NCBI GenBank assembly: GCA_047495785.1
Contig: JBLDXI010000045.1
Span: 62,001-126,000, forward strand
Reading direction: 5' to 3'
Length of the DNA: 64,000 bases
DNA from: Lepidodermella squamata
Lineage: Eukaryota > Animalia > Gastrotricha
Below the pieces are notes generated by a model. That model searched no databases, was not told where the DNA came from, and worked only from the letters and a program-made list of their open reading frames with translations. The translations under genes and the position numbers were made by a program. Below, piece by piece: positions 49,336-61,615 of the stretch. Numbering within the stretch: position 1 is the first letter of the stretch; each line of letters starts with the position of its first letter.

Positions 49336-52300
49336 TTAGTGATCACCGTCGGATTCCGCGGTGGCGGTGGCCGGGTCGGTCGCGTTATCAGCCGCGGACG
49401 ACTCGGACGGCCTCGCGGTCGGCGAGTCGGGCCGCGTATCGGCGACATCGACGACGGGCGAGCCCGGCGCGGCGTCACTTGTGTTTTGCCGCGACACTGG
49501 CGGCGAGTTTGTCGAAGAAGTCTGGACAGCACTTGCGGCTTGTTGCATCTGTTGCTGCTGCTGAGCGGCGTTAATAATTTCACTAAAAAAAATCAGAAAA
49601 ATATCGATTAACGAAAAAATTATTTAAGGTGGACCGCAACAAAATTTAGGATTAAAAGGACTCAATCTTCGAAAAGGAGGTTTTCACGTTTTTTTGAACC
49701 CGGATAGAATTCGACATAATTTTTCAATAATTTTCACAGCTTTCTCATTTCAATTCAGTCTAATTTTTTTCAGAATATTTTTTATAGCGGAACCAAATTT
49801 GAATTAGGCCAAATTTCGAACAATTCTACGAATTTGAGGCAATCTATGAATTCTGAAGTGAAGAATGTGGCTTACACAGAATTTTACGCTGAATTTAAAG
49901 AACATTTTTGTCAAAATATGATGGTCAAGCATGACCTTGAAAGTCCCGAAAAGTGGTTCAAGACCATTTTTTTAACTTCATATTATCCAAAAATAATCAC
50001 ACTAGCGAGTAGAAATCTTGCACAATTTCAGTTTTGGGAACTTGGCACATAAGTCCTGAATGATGATCCTATGCAATTTGAAATTCCGCCTGTCGAACTG
50101 CAAATTTTCGAAATTCCAAGCAATTCCCAATATGATCGCTCATTTTTATTGAAAAATGTTTCAGAAAGATTCGAGATCCCAAGATTCGAAAAAATTCCGG
50201 CGAAACGATGATTAAATTCCTCATTTTTCAGAATCGGTTTTCTAATGGAAACTTAAAGTCAGCGAACAAATTATCCTTTAATCTCCAAGATCTTTTAATT
50301 CTTGTCATTCGCTAATTTATTTATTAAAATTTCTGATTTTTTCTGAATTTTCTGAAATTTTCTCCTTTGGAAAATGTACTACTTTTAATTGTACTCACCT
50401 GGCCATTCTCAAAGAATTGTTAATAAGAAGAGGCGCGGCAGTGTTTGTAGGCGATAGCTGTGCACTATTCGCCATAGGCGGTCGTTGGCCGGAGAGTGCA
50501 GCTAGGATGAAGGACGGATCGGCGCTGGCGGCTCCGTACAACGAAGCCGCGTAGCGCTCGAACGCCGCCTGTGAAGACGCGAGGGTGGTCGCGATGGCCG
50601 GCACGCCTGTAACAGCGGCGACGACCGACGCGACGGCAGCAGTAGTCGAGGCGGGCAGTTCGCCACCGGGCGACAACTGCCCGAGGCCGGGCCGTTGTTG
50701 CTGGTAGAGTTGCGAGAAGAGCGCAGCCCGCGGGCTGTTAACAGCCTGCTGCTGGCTCAACATCGACTGTCTCACGTTCGTGTGAATCGTCTCCAAGCAC
50801 CGCCGCATGTGTTTCTCGAGCGTCGACGCTACGTTGAACGGCGTGTTGCAAAATTGACAGCGGTACTGCTCGTGGCCCGCTGTGCCATGCGTTTTCATAT
50901 GCCGCGTTAATTTGCTACTTTGCGCGCAGCTGTAGGCGCATAGCTTGCATTGGTACGGCTTCTCGCCGGTATGCGAACGCCGGTGAACCACCAGGTTGCT
51001 GCCGTTTTTGAACTTTTTTCCACAAAATTCACAGGTGTCTTTGCGAACATCACGCCGGCCGGGTCTGGAACTGCTGCCAGAAGCTGTTAAAGCGCTAAAG
51101 GAGTTGCCGAAGTCCGGAAATTCTGAATAAAGAAAAGAAAACAAGTTTGTTAAGCTTTGAAACTGCTTTGAAGGTTTCCCATCGAAATCAGGTCAAGGTC
51201 TGATTTACATGAAAAAAATGCATGACCTTCGACAAGTGAAAAGTGGGGTTTGACAAAAACGAAGCTACCAGCCCATCATCGGGGCTGAGAAATTGGACTT
51301 CATGGTTCAAGCGAAAATTCGAGCTGAAAGAATTAACCTTTTATAAAGGTTCAGTTGATAAATTCTAAGGTGAGGAATCCTCATTAGTCAATCAACGGTA
51401 GAATATTAGCTTGGAATTTGTTTTTTTTGTCCTTTAAGGTGGGTCTATGTACCCTTGAGTTGTCCTAGAGGTCCCCAAGAGACTTCGAAATAAAATCTAC
51501 AAGGTTAACTGTTCGGGGCATGGTAAAAGCTGAGAATCGTTCCTTTCCGATTTGCTAGAAAATTCTGCAAAATTCGCAAACCCCCACATATTAATTGATT
51601 ACGGTCAAGTGTTACCTATTCTTTTACCACGAATTTTCGAGCTTTAAATGTTCTGAATTTAACCTGAATTTTTTGGATTTTTATTATTAAATAGAAAAAT
51701 ACGGGGAAATTCCGATTAAATTCCGAGGGATTTTCTGAAGTCCCAAAAATTAAACCCGAAAATTTAAAAAATTGTGCAACAAAATTTGCTCAAGATTTCA
51801 ATTCAATTCTAATCTGAAAATAAAAGAAATTCGTTTTTCTAAATTGAAATTTGAAATTTTTTGGATTTTTATAGCTATATAGTTTTTATGTGGTAGAATT
51901 TTCTCTAGTACTAACCTCCTTGCATTTGCTCGATGCTATCGGTGCGTGGGCGTTGGGGCTGAGACGACTCATCGCCGCCCGGCGTTTCCACCGTATCATC
52001 GTCATCGAGCTCATCCTCCATCTCGTCATCCTCGTCGACATTCACCGAGCCCGATGAGTTGTCATTCACCGCCGCTGCCGGCGTACTCGACCCCGGCGCG
52101 CCGACACTGCTGTGTTTCCGCTTGCGAGACGCGCCGTCCGACGTCAGGCCATCGGCCGACGACGTGCCGTCCTGGCTAGCAGCGGCAGGCGGCGACGAGC
52201 CGACAGCGGCGTCGACGGCCGGCGAGCTGTTTTTCGGCTCGAATTTCGCGACGATTGTCGGCGACGGGAAAACGGGCTGGTTGTTACTGCCGCCGTCGTG

Positions 52301-55300
52301 CTCCTGTTTCTGTTGCTGAGATTGCTGTTGTTGCTGAATTGCCGCCAGGTAGTGATTGACTTGCATCGACGGCGGGAAGCTGGCTAGCAGCAGTTTTATC
52401 AGCTCGGCCTGGTTCGCGTTCGGCGTCACCGGCGTGAGTGGACTCGGCTGCGACAGGCTCGCCAGCGCGGCGGCGAAGTCGATAGGCGAGTGCTCGCCGA
52501 CGGCCGAGGCGGGCGCAGACTGGCTGGAGGGGCCGAAGGGCGACGCCATCGGCGGCTGGCCGACGGGTGTCGTCGCCGAGTTGGGCGGCAGCGGGGTCTG
52601 CGGGTACGAAGGCAGGCGCAGGGCGGCCGCTGCGAAGGCCGCCAGCGTCGGATTGTTCAACGCAGCTGGCGGGAATATAAATGGCATATTTGTCGGAGGA
52701 CCACCTATAATTAAAGAAAAAAACATTTTTATACAGACTGATGCTAAATGAATCTACTGCGAACTAATGAATTAATGAGATGTAAATCAGGCTAATTTGC
52801 CCAGGTAAAGGCTAACAGGCTATCAAATATCAATCTTGCCCACTTGAAGAATCAAGTGGGTATCGAATTACGTGATCCGTGAAGTAAGGATTGTTGTCAC
52901 CGGACGGGGTATTTATAAATACAACTAAGAGAATTTCGCACCTCAATTATGTCTCGACGTCTAACTTTTTTATTGCCCTAATTTCACCGGCGGTAGTGAT
53001 AGACGCCCTGATACTAATTAATGGTACCTATTGAGTCAACCTGTGATGGTTTTTAATATCCTGTCAAAGATCTCGCTCGGCCAAAACTCTTCCCACTTCA
53101 AGAAAAATTGAATTCTTGAGGTAAGTGGAAACCATAAATTTAGAATTCCATTACTAAATTTGAAGCTCTAGCACAGTGTTTCCCCAAGATATTTGAAGCT
53201 TCACGACCTCTATAGAATCTCCATTTTTTATTAATTCATATCGAAACGATAGTTTTCGCTAGTTTGTGCTATAAGCGGTCAGTTTATACAAGTTATCGAT
53301 TCCAGCTTCGATATCGATTCCAAGTATCGATTTTACAAATCAGTGATTTTTCAGATATCAGCAGTCTTGGAACCTAATGGAACCTTAACTGATGGTACCA
53401 GGCAGCTGAAATATAAAATCCCGGGGTTATGAGGCCATTGGTTAATAAATTGTAACGAATCGGAGCCCTTTAGAGGAAAATTCAGTGCCTTGAAGTTCTA
53501 TCGAACCGAACTTCATTGTTAAGTCATTTCTAGCTGCTTAGGAAACTGTTATTTTCACCTAGAAAACTTCCAATAAAAAGGTCTTATATACATCGAAAGG
53601 TTCAGCTTTCGAAATGGATTTTACTCGAATTTTAATAAGGATGAAAGCTGAAAGATGACAAACCGGAAGATGGTGGCGAAAACTGATTGCTAAGACCGCC
53701 AGGCGACGCTAACTTGCTACTACTGCTGTTGTTCGGGTTGTTGGGCGTTTGCGGCGGCAGCGGCGTTGTCTGGGCCTGTTGCTGATTGTTGCTTACGGCC
53801 ACTGCCGATGACAGATCGCTACTAGTGTTTTGAGCACCGCACCCTGATTGCGGATGAGGCGCGCCCGAGGTCGACGACGTCGAATCGCGCGGCGTCAAAA
53901 GTTGTTGTTGTTGTTGACTACTAACCGGCTGTTGTGCCGATGTTGATGATGAGCTGTTCGCTGATGTAACAGCTGATCGGTGAAAAAGTTTATTGCCGTG
54001 GTCGGCCTCGTGGTGATTGAGAAGCAGCCAAGCCGATTCGAACGCGCGACTACACTGGGAGCACCAAATCTGGTTCGGCTCTGCTTTGCCCAGTTTGCGA
54101 AATCGATAGAAAAAACAAAACGCAAAAACAGATTATTACGCTCGTCAAAATCTTTCAATAGTTACAACAATGAGGCGCAAAATGCTATAGAGCAAGGTAT
54201 TGAAAAGTGACACGCTGACGGGCGAGTGCGACAATGAAGCGCGGTCTGCCACTTAGGCTCAAGAGCATCGCACGTCCAATACTGAAGACAGTTTTGCACG
54301 CGGCTGGTTCGCGCGAGTTTTTTCCGCCTATATACTGTATAGTATGTAACGCGCGCAGTGTGTACTTTTACTTTCTAACATATACGGCTAAGAGGTATGT
54401 TTCTTATGATAATAATAATAGCTAGAACAGCCCCTGTCTCCTCTCGAGCAAATAATAAATTGATTTGATATAGAGGCGACAATGTTTGCTGACGAGAGCC
54501 GCTGCTCCGGTGGTATCCATGACGCGCTTTGATGCACCGGTGGCGACAAAAAACACACGATACATTACGCGCTTCGGATATTTGCGCGTTTTTAACCGTG
54601 CGCCGCGCGCAAAAAAACCCGGTGTTACACTGCTGGTAGGTATAATATTAAACGACTCGCGCGCGCGGGCTCGATCAGGGTAAACAAAGCACGCTTCAGC
54701 GCTGAGCTAAGTGGGCGGAGCTTTGCGCACGAGCAAAAAAGCGAACGAACTGCCCCGGTCGGTGGTACTGTTGGCCGATCGGTAAATATACCGAAAGAGA
54801 GACAATTTTCTATATACGACCGGTTATTTTTTTCTCTCGAGCATATATTTACCGTGTCTTCCAGGTATCCATTACATCAGCAGCCACTTAAACTTATGAT
54901 AAAGACCTGGTTGTTACCATTATTATAGGTCATGGCGCGCATCTTCGCTCGGTATTTACAAAAATAATACCGCGCTGCGATTTTTTCTTACTTGCGCTGC
55001 TATTGTTTACCGACACTTGTGCGCCTTAATAGAAGTCCGCGCTCGCGCCGCCCTGCTGCTGCTGCTGCTGCTAACAAAAAATGGGCCTATGTCGTGATAG
55101 ATCTCGGCAAATAAAGTGAGTCACCGCACGCACGCCCTCTTGTGACCAGCCGCCATCGAACAAATATTAACAACACGAAGGGCAATCAACGACCCATACA
55201 GCCTTTTGTTGAAAGAGGGCCGCGGGGTCGAAAAAATGCGCTCGCGACAAGTATCAAGCCGCGAGCTATTGTTTTTTCAAAGCACTCGAGCGCCGGACAA

Positions 55301-58300
55301 TTCGCCTCAATAGACAGACAAGTTTTTTGTGTGCCAACGATGAGACTCACCTGAAAGTATTGTTAGCGTTTCGGCGTCGAGAGAACACCGCCGCAGTTGC
55401 TGCAGCGATGCAGACAGTTGTGACGACGTGAAGACACCGGTGCCAGAACACGACGATGATGAAGAAAGCCCGAATGTTGAGGGCGACGTCAACAGCGGTG
55501 TCTGTGGCGGGCCCATGCTTGAATCGTGCGAGAAGCGCTTGCCTACTTTCAACAAAGCATCCACAAATTCGTTAAGCCAATTGTCATAAAACTGATTATA
55601 CATTATGACTAGAAAATTTTATCAAGTACAACTTTGAACTGGATATGCGTTGTAGCTTGCGCGTGCAGTCTATTAAGGGCAGTGTCTTATATACACCGGT
55701 TGCCACTACAGCGTCATCAAATTAGCCTGCGTTGATTTCGCAATTCAGTGACCTAAGCATCCCCGGAATTATTAGCTGCGAGGCCAATAAAGGTGGGTCC
55801 TAGCGCGAGATTCAGGATCTCAAACGCGTAAAATCTACGTCAACGCATGACGTCAAAACTGCACCAAGGTGATTTTAAGGAATTTCTCCGAATTGCATAG
55901 GTAATAATCGCCTAAAAAAAGGTCCCCACCCCAGCCAAAAGACAAGTAAGTCACATAAATTCAAAAAAATGGTCAAAAATTGACGTCACCAAAGTTTTGA
56001 AATCTGATGATTTTTTATATGATTCGAGTCAATAAGTTCTGATTTTTTGTATTACTCAGCTCCCGTTGGAATACAAAAAATTCATGGGGCTAGGTGAGTC
56101 AAATATGGGGAATCCCGTCCCACGAATTAAAAATCCGATACCTATACAAACGATGTAGCGTTTTTGCCGTTCTAATAAATTTATGAATTGAGGACGAGGA
56201 CACTCATAAATAAATTCAATCGGATGTGATTCATGTCAATTTATCGATTGACTCATCCTTGATTTTTTTATTGCATATAATAAAAAAAACAGCTTACTAT
56301 TTGTGTAAGAAGGCGTGGAGAGCGACGACGACGGCGTCGGAGGGAAATTCGTGGTTGACTGGCCACCCGAAGTGTTGTTGTGAAGGCTGGCATGGCCGCC
56401 GCCGGGCGCCGAGTCGCGCTGACCACTGCAGTGTCCAGGTACGGTTTTGTGCTTGATAAACTGCGAAAATGTCCCTAACGGAAAGCGGTGCTGACATTCA
56501 CCGCAAACAATTTCGTCGTCGTGAGCAGGGCTTTGCCCGCTCATGAAAACTATGGGAAAAAAATGAGAAAAAAATGTAAATTAAAACAGTAAAAACATTG
56601 GCCTGTTTTTTATCGCTAAAAAGTGCATAAGGTGGACATGAACGGCCTTTCACTTGGCAAACGCGATAAGATAAGTGCAAAATTACATCCTGGGCTAGAA
56701 AAGTAGCCAACGTGTCAGTAGATAAGACTGCTCTAGGGCGACTTGCGAAAGGTCATTGAGGCCGAAAAAAATGAAGTGATATCATTAGAGCTTGGCCAGA
56801 GGAGCATAATAACAAAATTCTCGTCCAACCATTTGTCGACGGCAGTTTTATAAAAATGAGAAAAACGGCGTCGACAAACGACGCACGGGTGAATCTTGGC
56901 GTTGGATAAAGCGTTTTGGCATTGAAAAGTATACGTGAGTAATTGTCGAGTGTGTGGGTCGCCGTAATGGCTAGTGCGAAGGTAATCTATATATGTAGTA
57001 TGGGCGTTGTATAGCCTGCTGGCGAAAAAAAAATGCGCCAAAAGACCAGAGGCAATAATATACACATCGTTTTGCACTTCTCAAGGTCGCCACACTCGAC
57101 GTCGACAGGACAGGGGTTGCACCCACTTGCACCCCTGAAGCCTGACGTCGTCACCCCACACCGGCTACACATACACACGCATTATATTTCGTGCGCTCGC
57201 GTAAAAAAGTGGCAAGTGCGTGTAGAAAATAATAAATACATTTCGATAAAAAACGCGCGGCGAAGACCAGAAGTGTGTCATAAAAACTGAAAAAATACGT
57301 GTTTAAAACCGCGCTCGGCTATCGAGCAGTCCGGTGAGATGTATATAGTAATAAAAGACGCTGCGACCAGGTATATATAAGGAATAGCAGCTGTTTCATT
57401 GAACTGTAAGGCCAGTAATATTAGAATGTAAAAAACTCGATCATACTGCATATCACGCATTAAAGTGTGATATTTATTACAACAGGCTCGTGTTTGTAAT
57501 AAATAAAAAGCCTGAATGATGAGATGGAAAGAACGGTTCCTTTGAGGTGATGCTGGTGTTGGTGAAGCTGTACATGAAAATCAACGTGTTTTTTTGCTCA
57601 CCCTGGCGGTGTTACATTATTAGTGATAATATATGTTCTTGTGGCGACAACGATGGTTATTTTGTATTTGATAATAATACTATTGAATCTACGCCCAGTG
57701 AAAAGGTTCGACCCATGCTTTCGGCTCTTTTGCTCTCGTAAAAAAATACCCCGTACGATTGGTTTGTTATTATATTATAAATATACGCTAAATAAGGTGT
57801 GTACTTTGGTCTCCTTTTCACGTGTTTTTTATACTATTATAATCCGGCTCGCCGGTCGAGCGTTGGTTTTTTCATATGCATATATACTCTGAGGTATATA
57901 AATGTGTAAAAAACCAGCGTATGCGTTTTTTATACACGCGCCTCTTGTATAGGTGAATGATCAAATGTACGCATAAACAAATTCTGTGCCTGACCCCGTA
58001 TGACCAAGATGCTGCTCTCCATCATGGCTATGCGCGTTTCCGCTTGCCCCTTCTTTTTTTCCTTTGCCGTATTTGCTGCAGCGCCCATAAGGCGGCGGCG
58101 GCTGTTTTTTAGGGGCGCATCATGGCGCGATCGCACGTGCGCGCGCACTTTTTTTGCAGCAGCGCGAGGCGCAATTACGCGTGTACCTCGCCGCGCGCTC
58201 TCCCATCGCCTCGCCTCGCCTCACTCACTCTTCATCTCGGCGCGGCTCGTGCATTGTCCGCTCATCATCATAATCATCGTCTTCATTTTTTTCGTTCTCA

Positions 58301-61300
58301 AGCTCGCCCCACCGGCATCGCGGTTCGCTTGCATTGTTGTTAGAGAGCCCGCGTTATATTTATTATTATTATTACTTATATGCCTTACCGCCAAACAATT
58401 AGAATAATCATCAAATCTGTACATTATTACAACCAGCACGAAGGTATATATATAATGCACCCCTTCCGCGATATCCCTCACTCGCCCAGCCCCGGCCATT
58501 CGCTCGAAACACAAAAAATCGACCAGGCAACGCAATATCAGGGTGTATTCCTTTTGTAACTAAATACGCTACCCTGGCGAAAGCTAAAAAGGTTCATTAT
58601 TCACCAGCTGCTTGACTATTAGCTTCACGTTTTCTCAAAGACGCCGCGAAAATACAGCGCATAGCGAAAATCGATAAATCAACAGGCGCAAGTGTTGCGA
58701 GGATCTTGGAATAAATTCCCAGAATACCGCGCTGAACTTAATTAAGTAGTTAGGATTGCCAATTACACAGAAAAATGAGTCACTAAGACAAGCTGAAACT
58801 AGATCATGAAGTAGTGATGTCTCAATGAAAGTCGTCAATTACCTGGTAGGTCTGCGGGAGGAACCGGTGGCAATCGGGGAAAATCAAAAACTAGCCGTCG
58901 AGGTTTATTAACTTCATCTTTCTGCATAATGTGTCCAGTAAGGTTAAGCGCGTGAGAAATAGTTTGATTTTTTTCAAATCAAAAGAGATAAAACAATATT
59001 AGGGGGTTGAATTCCTGATAGGAAGTTTTTTCCAGGCGCGAGCACTCTATCCGGAAGGCGATGAGAGCGTAATTTGAGACGAGTGAAATTCCTGGCGAAG
59101 AGAGAATAAGATTGAAAGAATTTCGCAGAAACGGCGACCTCGACGAAAGTGCTTAATCATCACGAGCCCTAGATCATCGACCTAATGGGTGGTCGATGGA
59201 GGGGTCATGTGTAGCCGGTAATCGAGCATGAGTCATTGAACAATGCTATTAATAAAATGACAAGTATCAAATAGCCGCACATCAGACTTGGAATTCTAGG
59301 AACAGGTGTTCAGCGACACCTATATAAGCGTCCCATGTAAAAAAATATGAGTCATTTTTTGTTGCGGCAAAACCACAAGTGCGATGTGATGGACTTTTTT
59401 CGTCATGTGCCGCGATACGATGAGGCGGCTTTTTCGAAATTATGTGGCGATGATAATAATGTGTTGTATCCGCAGATTTTAATGAGAGTGTACAACATCA
59501 TGCACAAGGGACCAGAACGCGAGCCAGAAGCGCGGCGAGAAGAAGCGCACATTATTTTTTATTACGTCGCCTGTGCGCGTGCGACGACAACGGCGGCAGT
59601 TGCGGCGGCGAGAGAAAAAAAACGCGAGGGGAAAAATCGACTGACTTGCATATCACGCGCGCACGCCGCGCGATCCAGTGTATGCCCAGTGAGCAGTTTT
59701 TTGCCTCCCCTTTTTTAGCGATGGTTTTCATCATTATTATTATTATTATTTTGTTATATATGGCGAAAAGCGGAATAGGAAAGTGGCAGGGCCCAGCGCA
59801 GGCCCAGAGCCCACAATAATAATGGCTCGATATCTCGCAAGTACAAGCGGCGCGGTGACGCGGCGACGAGGGCAGCGACATCCTCGACGACGGCGTGCAC
59901 ACAAAAAATGTCATTACAGGCGTATACATGGCGCCGTTATTAAAAATACAGCAATTCGCGCTCGCTCGTAAAAAAATTCGCTGCGGCCGCCGTCGTCATT
60001 ATTCATCATGGATCGGACACGGCGGAAGCCACAGCCCATCGACCAACTCGCGGGAAAAAGCAATATATCGAGGCACAACGGAGCGCGCTAGAGGGAGGGG
60101 GAACCGAAAAAAATTGCTGAGAGCAAACACTGCGAGACATTTCTCTTTTTCGACTGACCACAAATCAATAACGAGCCCGTTCGCTTTTTTTATTATTACC
60201 CCGATACTTACACACGATAGATTCAGACGCCGGCGCGTCGCTGTGGGTACCCGGCTCGCCGCTAAAAAATGCAATAAAATGCGCCGCACTTGTCGTGTTT
60301 TTTGTGTGCTCTCGCGCGGTCATTCTCTGCGCACAATAAATCATCACCACATATATATTTGCGCGAATAAAAAGTAATATGTTCGCCTTGTTGACGCGGC
60401 GGCGACGGCGACGACGGCGGCGGGTCTTGTTTCTCGTTTCCGGTTCGCACTGTGCCTTGCCGCATTTTTTCGCTCTCAACGCGCGTGCGTGCCGTTTTTT
60501 TCTCTCGCCATTTATACATTTTTTACGTGACGTCAAATGTCATTATGTCCCCTCGGCCATCATCAGGCCATCAAGAAGCCTGCACTCGACGATGAAAATA
60601 ACCACCGCGCGTAATTCCGAGCCAAGAAATCTGTGTTTTAATTTTATTAGTAGGAAAATTAAAAACCTCGGAAATCCGGCGCAGTGATGCGGTAGTAAAA
60701 AATGCGCGCAGCCTCTCAAAGACCTCGAAAAAATCCACGCATATTGGTGCGTTAACAATCGATTTTATGTTATCTGGACAGTGAACAAAGCGACAATATG
60801 CAAAAATATTTCACGCTCGGAAAATTAGAACGTGCGTAAGACAAGGGGTAATTAAATTACTTACTACAACCGTCACGGTCGATTAAATTAGGATAAAAAA
60901 AAATAGCAGACCTGGGTCCGATGGTGTCGTGGTGATTGTTGAAAAAACGTTAGCCGCACTGACAGCATCGGCGAGCAGATCGAGGCGTTTAAGATTGACA
61001 TATCGCGACGAGTGATTGTTCGAAACAGGTTGATTGTTCGAAGAGTTGTTGAGCATGGCGCCGCTTGACGATGAATTGAAGCTGTTCGAAAGCGATGAAT
61101 TATTGTTGTTAGGATTGCCGCTGCTGCTATTATTTAGATGCATAGGCGGCGAAACGGCTGGCGGCGTAACCGGGTTGTGGTGATGATTCAGACCTCCAGG
61201 TGGCGGCGAAATATCATTTCCATGCCGTTGGAAAATTCCTAAAAGCGTAAAACGGCATAATGTATTCGAGAGGACATTTTAGAACCTAAATAGAAAAAAT

Positions 61301-61615
61301 CTCTTAATTTCCTAGAGTTCATAAAATCCCGAACATCACAGCGTGCATTATTAGATAAAATTAGAAAGTGTCACGGCCATTTCGTCATCATGACCTTGAT
61401 TGATTCTGCGAGCTTTCTCGTTAAAGACGATATTTTTCACCTAATCTAATTTCCATTTTCCAATATTGCATGTATACCTAAAACTATAAAAAATTAAAAA
61501 AAAACGCACCTTCCACGATTTCGATTTGTTCCTGCTTGTCACTGAGTGCGATATTATCCATCGATTGACTGAACGGAACTTGCTGCTTGCTGAGGGCAGT
61601 AAGTCGTCTTGACAT
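49336..61615 (-). CDS. BCL11: BCL11A/B (CTIP) family zinc-finger transcription factor; exons 61615-61510, 61238-60912, 56549-56298, 55608-55351, about 54080-53664, 52704-51916, 51122-50399, 49582-49336
   Basis: MSRR start, CCHC finger ([15 protein letters not shown]...FIKHK....C), ZnF1 ([29 protein letters not shown]), and the diagnostic triple finger [51 protein letters not shown]. Splice phases are compatible. The two 5'-most exons are less certain. Confidence 0.9.

Noticed and set aside
57000-60800. Numerous Arg-rich or hydrophobic ORFs in the BCL11 intron
   Set aside because: Artefacts of CG-rich and A/T-tract non-coding sequence; no domain or codon pattern.
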